Assembly (NCBI GenBank): GCA_046758505.1
Contig: JBHIAH010000013.1
Coordinates: 1-50,311 of the forward strand
DNA: 50,311 nucleotides
Source: Candidatus Methylomirabilales bacterium
GTDB taxonomy: Bacteria > Methylomirabilota > Methylomirabilia > Methylomirabilales > CSP1-5
Direction: 5' to 3'
Part shown: positions 1 to 8,966 of the stretch, piece after piece
Layout: each line of letters starts with the position of its first letter
Position numbering within the stretch: the first letter of the stretch is position 1
The notes under the pieces: model-generated
What the model was told of the DNA's origin: nothing
What the model saw: the letters and a program-made list of their open reading frames with translations, nothing else
Databases searched by the model: none
Position numbers and translations under genes: made by a program

Positions 1-25
1 GGGTCAGGTCTTGAATCTTGACATT
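1..25. repeat. GGGTCAGG + 7-mer doublet motif resembling the RAYT-flanking inverted repeats
   Basis: GGGTCAGG-TCTTGAA-TCTTGAC-ATT has a layout similar to GGGTCAGG-CA-TGCTATT-TGCTATT-T at 48672-48696; truncated by the window edge. Confidence 0.45.
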
Positions 26-111
26 GCCTCATTCCCGCGTTCACCCGACCGGGAGCCCCAGGTTGTCGGGGCTTCCTGATCTGCCCGGCCTGGGGTGAAA
101 TTCACGGGGAG

Positions 112-501
112 TCAGCAGTCTGGGCGGCGCAGCCGGAGTTCGCGTTCCTTCCGCAAGGTCTCCGCCCTGTCGATCCGGATAATGGTCCCCTGCTGGATGG
201 AGTCGTACCCGTTCGCCCGCAGGACGGACTCGAGGGCCCGCGGCCAGGGGGTATCCGTGATGTGCACCGTCACGCGACCACGGACCTCGCTGCCGACCAC
301 GAAATTCAGCCCACTCGCCTCCTCGATGATCTGAAGCACTCGGCCGATCTCGACACCCTTCAAATCCATCGTGATCCGCTTCGGCGCCTTCGCCGGCGAT
401 GCGCACTCCGACGCCCCGGCGAACGTCACCGACACCAGCACGAGAAGACCCGCACTGAAGACGCAAGAACCCCATATCCGCAGAGACCGTGGTCGCCGCA
501 C
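112..501 (-). CDS. Small secreted protein with a secretin/TonB short N-terminal (STN, PilQ N0-like) domain
   Basis: Signal-peptide-like N-terminus, then ITMDLKGVEIGRVLQIIEEASGLNFVVGSEVRGRVTVHITDTPWPRALESVL, typical of PilQ N0; start may be 501 (GTG), 525 or 534. Confidence 0.7.
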   Translation of the reverse strand: MRRPRSLRIWGSCVFSAGLLVLVSVTFAGASECASPAKAPKRITMDLKGVEIGRVLQIIEEASGLNFVVGSEVRGRVTVHITDTPWPRALESVLRANGYDSIQQGTIIRIDRAETLRKERELRLRRPDC

Positions 502-588
502 CGACCCCCCGCACTTCCCATACATGCGTGACATATTCGCGCCCGCCCCCGGGGGGGCAACCCCCTGGGCGAAACCGCAGGCCCGCGC

Positions 589-3450
589 CTACCGCATCGC
601 CTCCACCAGGATCTGCACGGGGTGCTTGGCCGCCCGGCCGGTCCCATGCAAGATCTGCTGCCGGCAGGAGACCCCCGGAGCGACGATCTCCGCTTCCGGC
701 GAGACCGCCGCGAGGGCGGGAAACAGTCGAAGCCCGCCGATGGCCATCGAGAGGTCGTAGTGCTCCCGTTCGAAACCGAAGCTCCCCGCCATGCCGCAGC
801 ATCCGGCATCGACCTCCTGAACCTGCAGACCGGGCACGAGACCCAAAACCTCCAGAAGGGGTTCGGTCCCGACCAACGCCTTCTGGTGGCAGTGGCCGTG
901 CACGAAGAGCGGCTTCGCGGTCTGTTGGAAGTGGCGGCTGAGCTCCTCCCGCGGATGGCGGCTCAGGAGGAACTCCTCGAGCAGATAGCTTGCGGCGGCC
1001 ACACCGTCGGCCTCCTTCGAGTCCACCAAGTCCCGATACTCATCCCGCAGCGTGAGGAGGCAGCTTGGCTCGCATCCCACAATGGGGATGTCTCTTGCCA
1101 CGCGGCGGGCGAGCCGCGCCACGTTCGTTCGGGCGAGTGCCTGCGCCCCGTCGAGGAGTCCCTTCGAGATCATCGGTCGGCCGCAGCAGGGAATATCTGC
1201 CAGCAGCACCTGATAGCCGAGGCGCTCGAGCAGCTCTGTGGCGGCCTGCCCCACTTCGGGATAGTGGTAGGTCATGAAGGTGTCCGCCAAGAGGAGGACC
1301 GGGCCTCGCCTGCCGGGGGGGGACCCCCTCTTCTCATACCAGTGACGAAAGGTCGGCCGCACGAATTTCGGCAGGGGCCGCCTCCGGTCAATGCCGAGGC
1401 CATGCTGGAGGAGCCACCGGGCCCCGGGCACAGCATAGGTCCAGTTTGACACAGGGCGAAGCCGGCTCCCCCATCTTCCCACGAGGTGGGGATGGGCGAA
1501 GAATTTGACCCGCAGGGGAACTCCGTGTCGCGCGTAGTACTTGGCCAGGACCTCGGCCTTCAGCTTGGCCATGTCGACGTTGGAGGGGCACTCTCCCTTG
1601 CACCCCTTGCATTCGAGACAGAGATCCAGGGTCTCATACAGCCGCCTCCCCGTCAGCTCTTCCGGGGGAAGCTTCCCCGACAGGACCAGGCGTAGGGCGT
1701 TGGCCCGCCCCCGCGTGCTGTGTTCCTCATCGCCGGTGGCCATGTACGAGGGACACATGGTCCCCGCGAGTCGCTTGCGACAGGCGCCGATCCCCGTGCA
1801 CAACTCGACCGCCCCGGCAAAGCCCCCCTCCCGCCCAAAGCTCTGAACCGTCGAGACCTCGAGCGTCCGATAGTCCGGTCCGTACCGCAGATGCTCCGTC
1901 AGCGTCGAGGGGTCAATGATCTTGCCGGGGTTCATCAGATTCTGCGGATCGAAGGCCTGCTTGACCTGCCGAAAGGCTTCCGTGAGACGCGGGCCGAAAA
2001 ACTTGGGGATCCACTGGCTCCTGGCCAGCCCATCCCCATGCTCCCCCGTCATCGCCCCACCGTAACGTAGCACCAAGGTGCTCACCTCTTCTGCGATGGC
2101 CCGCATCCGCTGGATGTCGGCCCCGTCCTTGAGGTTCAGGATCGGGCGGAGGTGCAGGCAGCCGACGCTGGCGTGGCCGTAAACAGCCGGTTCGGTCCCG
2201 TGCCTGGCCACGATCTGGCGGAATTCCCTGAGGTAGCTTCCCAGCTTTTCCGGGGGCACGGCGGTATCTTCCACGAAGGCCACCGGTTTCTTCTCGCCTT
2301 TCATGCCCAGGAGCAGGCCCAGCCCGGCCTTCCGGATCTGCCAGACACGCTGCTGCTCCTCGATCGAGGCAACCCAGCGACAGGCGTAGCCCAATCCCCG
2401 CCGTTCGACCAAAGCCTTGAGTTGGGCTTCCTTCTCCCCGATCTCTCTCTCCGAGTCACCATAGAACTCCACCAGGAGCAGCGCCCGCGGATCCCCATCC
2501 ACAAAGGTCATCCGGCGGGCGTACTCGCGCGTCCCGCGGGTCAGACCAAGGATGTACTGATCGAGAAGCTCAATCGCGGCGGGGGCGAGGGGGAGAAGCT
2601 CCGCCGCCGCCTCGCAGGCCGCCTGGAGGTCCCGAAAATGGAGGAGCCCCAGGGCGGTCCGCCTCGGGCGGGGCACCAGGCCAACCGTGGCCTCGAGAAC
2701 CACCCCCAACGTCCCCTCGGAGCCGGCCAGGAGCTTGGCCAGGTTCCAGGGGGCCTCCTTTACCAGCTCGTCCAGGTTGTACCCGCTCACCCGGCGAAGG
2801 ATCTGCGGATACCGATTGAGGATCTCCGCCCGGTTCGCTTCGACGATTCCCCGGATCGCCTCGGTAAGCCGCGCCTCTCCCCCGTCCCCCCGGGCAAGGC
2901 GCGCGAGCACCTCCGGGGAACGCCCCCCCAGGCTGAGCTCCTCCCCATCGGACAGGAGCACCTTTACCTCCATCAGATGGTCGACCGTTTTCCCGTACAG
3001 GATCGAGTGGGCCCCGGCGGAGTTGTTCCCGATCATCCCCCCGATGGTCGCCCGACTGCTGGTCGCCACATCGGGACCGAACTCAAGGGCGTACGGTCGC
3101 AGGAGGGCGTTCAGCTCGTCCAGCACCACCCCGGGCTCCAGCCGGACCCATCGCTCCTCAGGGTTGACCTCGAGGATGCGGTGGAGATATCGCGACGTAT
3201 CAAGGATCATGGCCCGTCCCACCGCCTGTCCAGCAAGGCTGGTCCCCGCACCTCGGGGCAGGATCGGCACGCCATGCGCGTGCGCAACCCGCACCGCCGT
3301 CCGGACATCATCCTGATTCCTGGGCAGGATGACCCCGAGCGGCTCGATCGCATAGATACTGGCATCGGTGCTGTAGAGCAGCCTCACGTAGCGGTCAACG
3401 TGGACCTCTCCCGTGACCCGCCTCTGGAGATCGCGTGCCAGACGGTTCAC
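589..3450 (-). CDS. FAD-binding and Fe-S (CCG-domain) oxidoreductase, D-lactate/2-hydroxyacid dehydrogenase-like
   Basis: 953 aa; PRGAGTSLAGQ FAD motif, GEHGDG, CLECKGCKGECP ferredoxin motif, CCG motifs. Confidence 0.9.
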   Translation of the reverse strand: MNRLARDLQRRVTGEVHVDRYVRLLYSTDASIYAIEPLGVILPRNQDDVRTAVRVAHAHGVPILPRGAGTSLAGQAVGRAMILDTSRYLHRILEVNPEERWVRLEPGVVLDELNALLRPYALEFGPDVATSSRATIGGMIGNNSAGAHSILYGKTVDHLMEVKVLLSDGEELSLGGRSPEVLARLARGDGGEARLTEAIRGIVEANRAEILNRYPQILRRVSGYNLDELVKEAPWNLAKLLAGSEGTLGVVLEATVGLVPRPRRTALGLLHFRDLQAACEAAAELLPLAPAAIELLDQYILGLTRGTREYARRMTFVDGDPRALLLVEFYGDSEREIGEKEAQLKALVERRGLGYACRWVASIEEQQRVWQIRKAGLGLLLGMKGEKKPVAFVEDTAVPPEKLGSYLREFRQIVARHGTEPAVYGHASVGCLHLRPILNLKDGADIQRMRAIAEEVSTLVLRYGGAMTGEHGDGLARSQWIPKFFGPRLTEAFRQVKQAFDPQNLMNPGKIIDPSTLTEHLRYGPDYRTLEVSTVQSFGREGGFAGAVELCTGIGACRKRLAGTMCPSYMATGDEEHSTRGRANALRLVLSGKLPPEELTGRRLYETLDLCLECKGCKGECPSNVDMAKLKAEVLAKYYARHGVPLRVKFFAHPHLVGRWGSRLRPVSNWTYAVPGARWLLQHGLGIDRRRPLPKFVRPTFRHWYEKRGSPPGRRGPVLLLADTFMTYHYPEVGQAATELLERLGYQVLLADIPCCGRPMISKGLLDGAQALARTNVARLARRVARDIPIVGCEPSCLLTLRDEYRDLVDSKEADGVAAASYLLEEFLLSRHPREELSRHFQQTAKPLFVHGHCHQKALVGTEPLLEVLGLVPGLQVQEVDAGCCGMAGSFGFEREHYDLSMAIGGLRLFPALAAVSPEAEIVAPGVSCRQQILHGTGRAAKHPVQILVEAMR

Positions 3451-3638
3451 CGTGAGCCCCTGTCTGGATGGTGGCTGAACGGACGCCCGAAGTGGAGCAT
3501 ACCCAATGGTGTTCGGCCTTTCTTTTGCTGGCTGTCTTGGCTACTATAGCACAGGAAAATGGGCGATTCATCTCGCGCCGCCGGGGAACGCCCGGAACGG
3601 CAGTCGCACGGCGACGTGCGACGGAGAAAGGACAAGAA

Positions 3639-3947
3639 ATGAGCCGACTCGAGGCCCTGCACGCTTTGCTCAAAAAAGATCCCCAGGACGCCCTGCTCTA
3701 TTACATGCTCGCCAACGAGCACTATAACGCCGGACAGCATCCGGAGTGTGTGGCGGCCCTGGAGCGGTATCTGGCTCTGGCGGAGGATGAGGGAGCAGCC
3801 TACCGGACACTCGCCCAGGCCCTGGTCAACCTCGGAAGGATCGCAGAGGCTCGCCAGGCCTATGAGGCAGGAATCCGGGCCGCCCAGAAATTTGGGCATC
3901 CGGGCATGGCGGAGGAATATGCAGAGCTGTTGAAGGACCTCGGGTGA
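3639..3947 (+). CDS. Tetratricopeptide repeat protein
   Basis: MSRLEALHALLKKDPQDALLYYMLANEHY...AYRTLAQALVNLGRIAEARQAYEAGI; purine-rich RBS upstream. Confidence 0.85.
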   Translation: MSRLEALHALLKKDPQDALLYYMLANEHYNAGQHPECVAALERYLALAEDEGAAYRTLAQALVNLGRIAEARQAYEAGIRAAQKFGHPGMAEEYAELLKDLG

Positions 3948-4008
3948 CTTCCCGGCCTGGATCCGGCGCCCGAGCAGCAGGGCCGCTCCGGCGGGGGGGC
4001 GACCGCCG

Positions 4009-4257
4009 TTACATTGCTGCGGCCACCAACGTCTCCGTGGCCTGGACGCCCTGGATGCCCCGGATCTGGCTGATCACCAGGCGGGAGAGAGAGCTGAGGG
4101 TTTTCGCTTCGACGTAGATAATTGCATCCCACCGCCCGAAGACCAAGATGATGTCGTTGACGCCTGGAATGACACTGATCTGAGAAATCGCGGATGACTC
4201 GAACCCCGGGATCAACCTGATCAAGACATACCCCTTTACTATCGCTGCTCCCTTCAC
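4009..4257 (-). CDS. Stand-alone Lrp/AsnC ligand-binding (RAM) domain protein
   Basis: GYVLIRLIPG...IPGVNDIILVFGRWDAIIYVEA...IRGIQGVQATETL; GGAGGG RBS before GTG. Confidence 0.8.
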   Translation of the reverse strand: MKGAAIVKGYVLIRLIPGFESSAISQISVIPGVNDIILVFGRWDAIIYVEAKTLSSLSRLVISQIRGIQGVQATETLVAAAM

Positions 4258-4401
4258 ATTGCTTCCCTCCACTCGAGCCGTTATCGAAGAAGGCCTGCCG
4301 TGACCGCCGCGCGCTCCCCGGCCGGAAGGGGCGCTCGCCCAGCCGCGAGAGAGGCCAGAACGGTCGCGATGTCCCATCCCGTGACCCACCCCCTCGCTGC
4401 T

Positions 4402-4430
4402 ACCGTAGGAGGCGATGGGGGATCTGTCAA
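4402..4430 (-). promoter_or_regulatory. Putative sigma70 promoter of the Lrp/AsnC-like gene
   Basis: TTGACA-N17-TACGGT on the minus strand. Confidence 0.5.
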
Positions 4431-4508
4431 GGAAAAGGCAGTCCCCGCGTCCCATGGGAAATGGGCAGTAGCTGACCACGCGATAACAAAAAATCTGCGA
4501 GTTCTTAC

Positions 4509-4570
4509 GGTCATCGGACAACGGTCATCCGTCATCGAACAGCGGTCGTCGGTCTGCGGTCATCGGGTAG
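4509..4570. repeat. Heptamer repeat array, family B (CGGTCAT/CGGTCGT)
   Basis: GGTCATCGGACAACGGTCATCCGTCATCGAACAGCGGTCGTCGGTCTGCGGTCATCGG. Confidence 0.75.
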
Positions 4571-4584
4571 TACGTGGGGGGATG

Positions 4585-5706
4585 CTACGGCATTGCCCGC
4601 GAGAGATCTTTCGGGAGTCGCAGCGGAGGCTCGTCCAGGGGGTCATAGATCACCTTCAGCTTTTGCCCGGCGTGTAGGGGTCTACTTTCGTCCCGAATCC
4701 CGTTGAGGAGAGCCAGGTCCCACGCCCGATTTTCTGTCCCCCAGAGGCTCTGCGCGACCTGTTTCAAGTTTTCCCCCCCGCGGGCCGTCACAATTCTGAC
4801 ACGCTTCCTCTCCCTGCGCTTCCCATAGACCAGCCCATCCAGATGGGCCTTGTACTCATCCGCCTTTACTGCGAGGGATCTTTTCGCCTCAGGGGTCAGA
4901 ATCCCGACCATGACGCGGGCCCGGTCGATCCGCTCGAGCGTGTCCGGGTGCGTGCCCCGGAGGGCATGATACCCGACACCGCTTAGACGATTCTGGATCT
5001 GCAACGCCCGCATGAAGTTTACCATGCCCCGCGGATCGTAGCCCGCCTTGACCGCCGACCGGAGTCCCTTTTCATCCGCCTCCAGTTCCGCCTCGCGACC
5101 GTAGCCCAAAAGGATCTGCGTAAAAAGCTCACTGGATAGCGCCAACCACCCGGCCGCGTTCTGGCGACCCCCGGGACTCACGGCGGCAAGGCCCAAGGTC
5201 AGGATCTGGGCCCCGAGGGCACGGGTCAACTGCTCGGCCGAATGGTGGGACGTGACGTGGGCGATCTCGTGTCCCAGGACCGTCGCCAGCTCCGCCTCGC
5301 TATTGAGCTGGGCCAATATCCCCCGGGTGACGTAGACGAAGCCCCCCGGGACGGCAAACGCGTTGATCACCGGCTGGTCGACAACGGTGAACTGAAACTT
5401 GAAGGGATTGGGTTCCGCCTCCCGTAAAACCCGCCGGCCGACCCGGGTGACGTAGGCCTGAAGTGCCTCGTCCTTATAATAGCCGAACTTATTCAGGATC
5501 TCCTGGTGCGCCCGCTTCCCGATGGCCTCTTCCTTGGCCTCCGAAATGACCGTAAAGGCGCAGACGGGACTCACACCCCGGAAGAGTCCCCAGGCAATGC
5601 CCCCCCCGAGAAGGAGCAGGCCCCGCAGGAACCTTCGGCGATCCACCTGTCCACTGCGGAGGCAGCCGGATTCCTTTTCTCCCTGTCTTGCGCTCGCCAC
5701 TGGCAT
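4585..5706 (-). CDS. M48 family zinc metallopeptidase with Tat-like signal and C-terminal LysM-like region
   Basis: DRRRFL twin-arginine motif, INAFAVPGG, HEIAH, ELEAD, THP motifs. Confidence 0.9.
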   Translation of the reverse strand: MPVASARQGEKESGCLRSGQVDRRRFLRGLLLLGGGIAWGLFRGVSPVCAFTVISEAKEEAIGKRAHQEILNKFGYYKDEALQAYVTRVGRRVLREAEPNPFKFQFTVVDQPVINAFAVPGGFVYVTRGILAQLNSEAELATVLGHEIAHVTSHHSAEQLTRALGAQILTLGLAAVSPGGRQNAAGWLALSSELFTQILLGYGREAELEADEKGLRSAVKAGYDPRGMVNFMRALQIQNRLSGVGYHALRGTHPDTLERIDRARVMVGILTPEAKRSLAVKADEYKAHLDGLVYGKRRERKRVRIVTARGGENLKQVAQSLWGTENRAWDLALLNGIRDESRPLHAGQKLKVIYDPLDEPPLRLPKDLSRAMP

Positions 5707-5792
5707 CTACTCCGCCTCTCCCGGTCTCCTTCTCCACATCCTCACAGCAGCGGGCCAATAGAAGACCCCGACAAACCTCCAACCTCCGGGGC

Positions 5793-5887
5793 GCTGACCG
5801 ATCACCGTTGTCCGATGACCCTCAGGAACCACAGAGCCCTTTTTCGGTCGTCGGTCTGCGGTGGTCGGTCATCGGCCGCATCATCGG
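5793..5887. repeat. Inverted heptamer array pair, family B
   Basis: TGACCGATCACCGTTGTCCGATGACC ... CGGTCGTCGGTCTGCGGTGGTCGGTCATCGG around a ~25-nt spacer. Confidence 0.75.
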
Positions 5888-5911
5888 CACAGGACAGAGG
5901 CCGGACCCCCC

Positions 5912-5940
5912 TTGAAGCGCCGCTATTCTTAGTCTATCAC
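5912..5940 (+). promoter_or_regulatory. Putative sigma70 promoter facing the structured intergenic region
   Basis: TTGAAG-N17-TATCAC. Confidence 0.4.
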
Positions 5941-5946
5941 TGGAAG

Positions 5947-6127
5947 CGTGGTCCCGGCAACCTGGTCAGGCAGCGAGATGGAAGGCAACCCGCCGAACTC
6001 CTTGCCGGCGGCGTCGATCCCGCAGGTGCTCCACACGTGAAGACGGACGTGGCTACTACCTTGGAGGGAAGTCAGCTGGACCAGCGATTTCTCCCGCTAG
6101 TCCCGTCCGTTCGGGAGTTCGATGCCT
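5947..6127 (+). ncRNA. Candidate unidentified structured ncRNA
   Basis: Nested complementary stems forming a long rod with G-U pairs on the + strand; no convincing ORF. Confidence 0.4.
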
Positions 6128-6136
6128 CGAATCCCA

Positions 6137-6339
6137 ATGACCGTTGTCCGGTGACCGATGACTGCTCAACCGGTTCACGGTCTCGCGTTCACAGTTCATG
6201 GTTCAGGGTCCGATGACTAGGTTTTGGGTATTGGGTCTTAGGTCTTGGATGTTGAATCTAAGATTTGAGTCCCGAGATCTCCAAAGCCCAACACCTAACA
6301 CCCAAGACCTCATACCTGACAGCGGTGGTCGGTGGTCGG
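6137..6339. repeat. Compound nested heptamer-repeat locus (families B, A and D)
   Basis: TGACCG arrays, GGTTCAN array, GGTCTTG/GGTATTG vs CCCAACA/CCTAACA inverted arrays, closing GGTGGTCGG. Confidence 0.75.
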
Positions 6340-6360
6340 AGGGGTCGTTGGCTCCACCAC

Positions 6361-6753
6361 CTACCGACTGCGCCAGAGGTCGCGCGCCTCCTCCTGCCGA
6401 ACCTGTTCCGCCAGTTCGGCCAACTCCTCACTCGGACTCGCCGGGGTCCCGACCATGATCCTACCGCTCACCTTCCCACCTTCCCGAACCACGACAACCT
6501 TACTCCGAATATCTCCCGCCAGACGGCCCGTCGGTGAAAGCTCGACCTTGTCCGAGGCCATCAGGTTTCCGTGAATCGCTCCCGCCACGACAATATCCGT
6601 CGCCGCAATGTCCCCCTGGATGCGCGCCCCCTCCAGGATTACCACCGTCCCCGTGAGGTTCACCTTGCCCTCCAACTCCCCTCCCAGCCGAACATCCGCC
6701 TCCCCGGAGAGTTCCCCCCGGACGACCAACCCTTTCCCGATGACATAGGACAT
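6361..6753 (-). CDS. Bactofilin (polymer-forming cytoskeletal protein)
   Basis: VIGKGLVVRGEL...GKVNLTG...IQGDIAATDIVVAGAIHGNL beta-helix repeats. Confidence 0.9.
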   Translation of the reverse strand: MSYVIGKGLVVRGELSGEADVRLGGELEGKVNLTGTVVILEGARIQGDIAATDIVVAGAIHGNLMASDKVELSPTGRLAGDIRSKVVVVREGGKVSGRIMVGTPASPSEELAELAEQVRQEEARDLWRSR

Positions 6754-6769
6754 TGCTGTCGCCTTTCCC

Positions 6770-7369
6770 TCATTCTCCCTTTTCCCGAGAGATCCTGAGG
6801 CGCGCCATAGCGGCTTGCGCCTCCTGCGCTTTCTGCAGGAGTGCCGTGAGGTCCTGCTCGAAGGAGTCTCCCGGTCCCTCTTTGGCGGTCCCGCGGAGCG
6901 CCTCGATCCGGTGCACCAGCTCTCCCAGGGGGTCCTGGGCCTCCCGAATCGTTTCGGCCAGGTTTTCGATCGCCCGGTTTACGGCCGTCTCCAGCTCGCC
7001 GAGATCATCCCCCTTGCGCAGCTTGAACCGGGCCGAGAGATCGCCCTCCGCCATCCGGTCCACCACCTGGTGGAACCGGTAGAGAGGGCCCGCAAAGCGG
7101 TGCGTGACAAAAACACTCAGGAAGGCCGAAACGATCATGGCGAGGAAAATGGCTGGCCAGATCCGGAATCCCAGGGCCCGGAGGTCCTGCACGATTGCCT
7201 GCTTGGCAGCCGGAGAGGCCGACGAGTAGAGGAGGATGTCCAGGGGAACAAAGAGAAAGACGATGATCAGGAAGGACGAGATGAGCAGCGGGACGAGCGA
7301 GAGGAAGAGGTACTTTCGCTGGATGCCGTGGACATAGAATCGGCGCCGCCGCACCGGTGGACGATCCAT
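6770..7369 (-). CDS. Membrane protein with HAMP domain (truncated MCP-like)
   Basis: Two TM helices, then THRFAGPLYRF...EGDLSARFKLRKGDDLGEL. Confidence 0.8.
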   Translation of the reverse strand: MDRPPVRRRRFYVHGIQRKYLFLSLVPLLISSFLIIVFLFVPLDILLYSSASPAAKQAIVQDLRALGFRIWPAIFLAMIVSAFLSVFVTHRFAGPLYRFHQVVDRMAEGDLSARFKLRKGDDLGELETAVNRAIENLAETIREAQDPLGELVHRIEALRGTAKEGPGDSFEQDLTALLQKAQEAQAAMARLRISREKGE

Positions 7370-7559
7370 TTTACCCCTCCTGTCGAGGACCTCCCCCAAC
7401 CACGGATACCTCTGCGTTCCGCCGCCCCGCGCCCCGCCCGTCTTGCTTCCCGCCCGTCACCCGTATAGCTCCTGCCGGGGAGTCGCAGTGCCGATCCGAC
7501 CCACCTGCGTGACCACGTGCGCCTCGTCATCCCTCAGCTGGCGACACGCGACGGCGACC

Positions 7560-8966
7560 TCACACATGCTCCTCCCGATCGGGAAGGCCCCCGATGCCAT
7601 ACGCCTTCAGCTTCCGATGGAGGTTCGACCGTTCGATCTTCAGACGCTCCGCCGTCCGCGTGACGTTCCACTGGTTTTCCTGCAAGTGCATCAGGATATA
7701 CTGCCGCTCGAACCGGTTTCGCGCCTCGCGGAGCGAAGCCATCCGCCAGACCCCGGGGACAAGCGCCGTCTCCTCGTCCCGGACTAGACGCGCCTGCAAA
7801 GCAGGCTGTGCACTAGACCGGTCAATGACGTCTCCCGGAACCATGATCACCAGCCGTTCGATCACGTTTTTCAGCTCCCGAACGTTTCCAGGCCAGGGGT
7901 GTTGCAAGAATAGTTCCATCGCATCCCCCATCAGGCTCTTCTCTCTCTTCCCGTACTCCGCACAGAACCCCGTCAGAAAGTGTCTGGCCAGGGTTGGAAT
8001 GTCCTCCGGCCGCTCCCGCAGTGGCGGGATGTCAACGGGGATCACGTTGAGGCGGTAGTAGAGATCTTCCCGGAATCGCCCCTCCCGGGTCTCGTCCTCG
8101 AGGTTCTTGTTCGAGGCGGCGATGACGCGGACGTCCACCCGAATGGCCTCGGTCCCCCCGACCCGCTCAAAGACCTGCTCTTGAAGCACGCGGAGAACTT
8201 TGGCCTGCGTCTTGAGACTCATGTCCCCAACCTCATCAAGAAAGATGGTCCCCCCGTCGGCGAGCTCAAATTTTCCCCGCCGGGTGGTCAGGGCCCCCGT
8301 GAAGGCCCCTTTCTCATGGCCGAACAGCTCACTCTCGATCAGTTCGTCAGGGATGGCGGCACAGTTGACCTCCACAAAGGCCCTCTCCCGCCTGAGACTT
8401 GCCCGATGAATGGCCCTGGCGACGAGCTCCTTGCCGGTCCCACTCTCCCCCCGGATCAAGACGCGCCCGTGGCTTGGCGCCACCGACTCGACCTGCTTCA
8501 GGATCCTCTGGATCGCTGCACTTTCACCGACGATCTCATACTGCCGCTCCAAGTGCTGTCGCAACGCCCGGTTCTCCCGCAGGAGGTGGTGCTGCTCCAA
8601 GGCGTGCCGAACCGCCAAGAGGGTCCGCTCGATAGTCGGCGGTTTCTCGATGAAGTCGTAGGCCCCCATCTTGATGGCCCGGACCGCCGTCTCGATGGTC
8701 CCGTGCCCCGAGATCATGATCACCGGGACCTCGGGAACCATCCCCTTCAGGACATCAAGGGCCTGCAGCCCATCCATCCCTGGAAGCCAGATATCCAGGA
8801 CCACGAGGTCGGGGGACGCATGCTGAACCTCCGCGAGGGCCTCTTCCCCGCTCTGCGCGGTCCGCACCCGATACCCTTCATCGGTCAGAATATCCTCGAT
8901 CACCTTGAGGATGTTGGGTTCGTCATCTACGATGAGGATGTCTTCTCGCGGCACGGCACACCTCAC
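7560..8966 (-). CDS. Sigma54-dependent response regulator, NtrX/NtrC-like
   Basis: REC domain, GESGTGKE, intact GAFTGA, WPGNVREL, Fis-type HTH. Confidence 0.95.
   Translation of the reverse strand: MRCAVPREDILIVDDEPNILKVIEDILTDEGYRVRTAQSGEEALAEVQHASPDLVVLDIWLPGMDGLQALDVLKGMVPEVPVIMISGHGTIETAVRAIKMGAYDFIEKPPTIERTLLAVRHALEQHHLLRENRALRQHLERQYEIVGESAAIQRILKQVESVAPSHGRVLIRGESGTGKELVARAIHRASLRRERAFVEVNCAAIPDELIESELFGHEKGAFTGALTTRRGKFELADGGTIFLDEVGDMSLKTQAKVLRVLQEQVFERVGGTEAIRVDVRVIAASNKNLEDETREGRFREDLYYRLNVIPVDIPPLRERPEDIPTLARHFLTGFCAEYGKREKSLMGDAMELFLQHPWPGNVRELKNVIERLVIMVPGDVIDRSSAQPALQARLVRDEETALVPGVWRMASLREARNRFERQYILMHLQENQWNVTRTAERLKIERSNLHRKLKAYGIGGLPDREEHV

Noticed and set aside
5950..6030. 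SRP-like GGTCAGG..GGAAGG and SAM-I-like CCCGGCAACC..GGTGC fragments
   Set aside because: The SRP helix-8 spacing and AGCAG are missing, and there is no SAM-I ATCNAGAG/P1; kept only as an unidentified RNA candidate.
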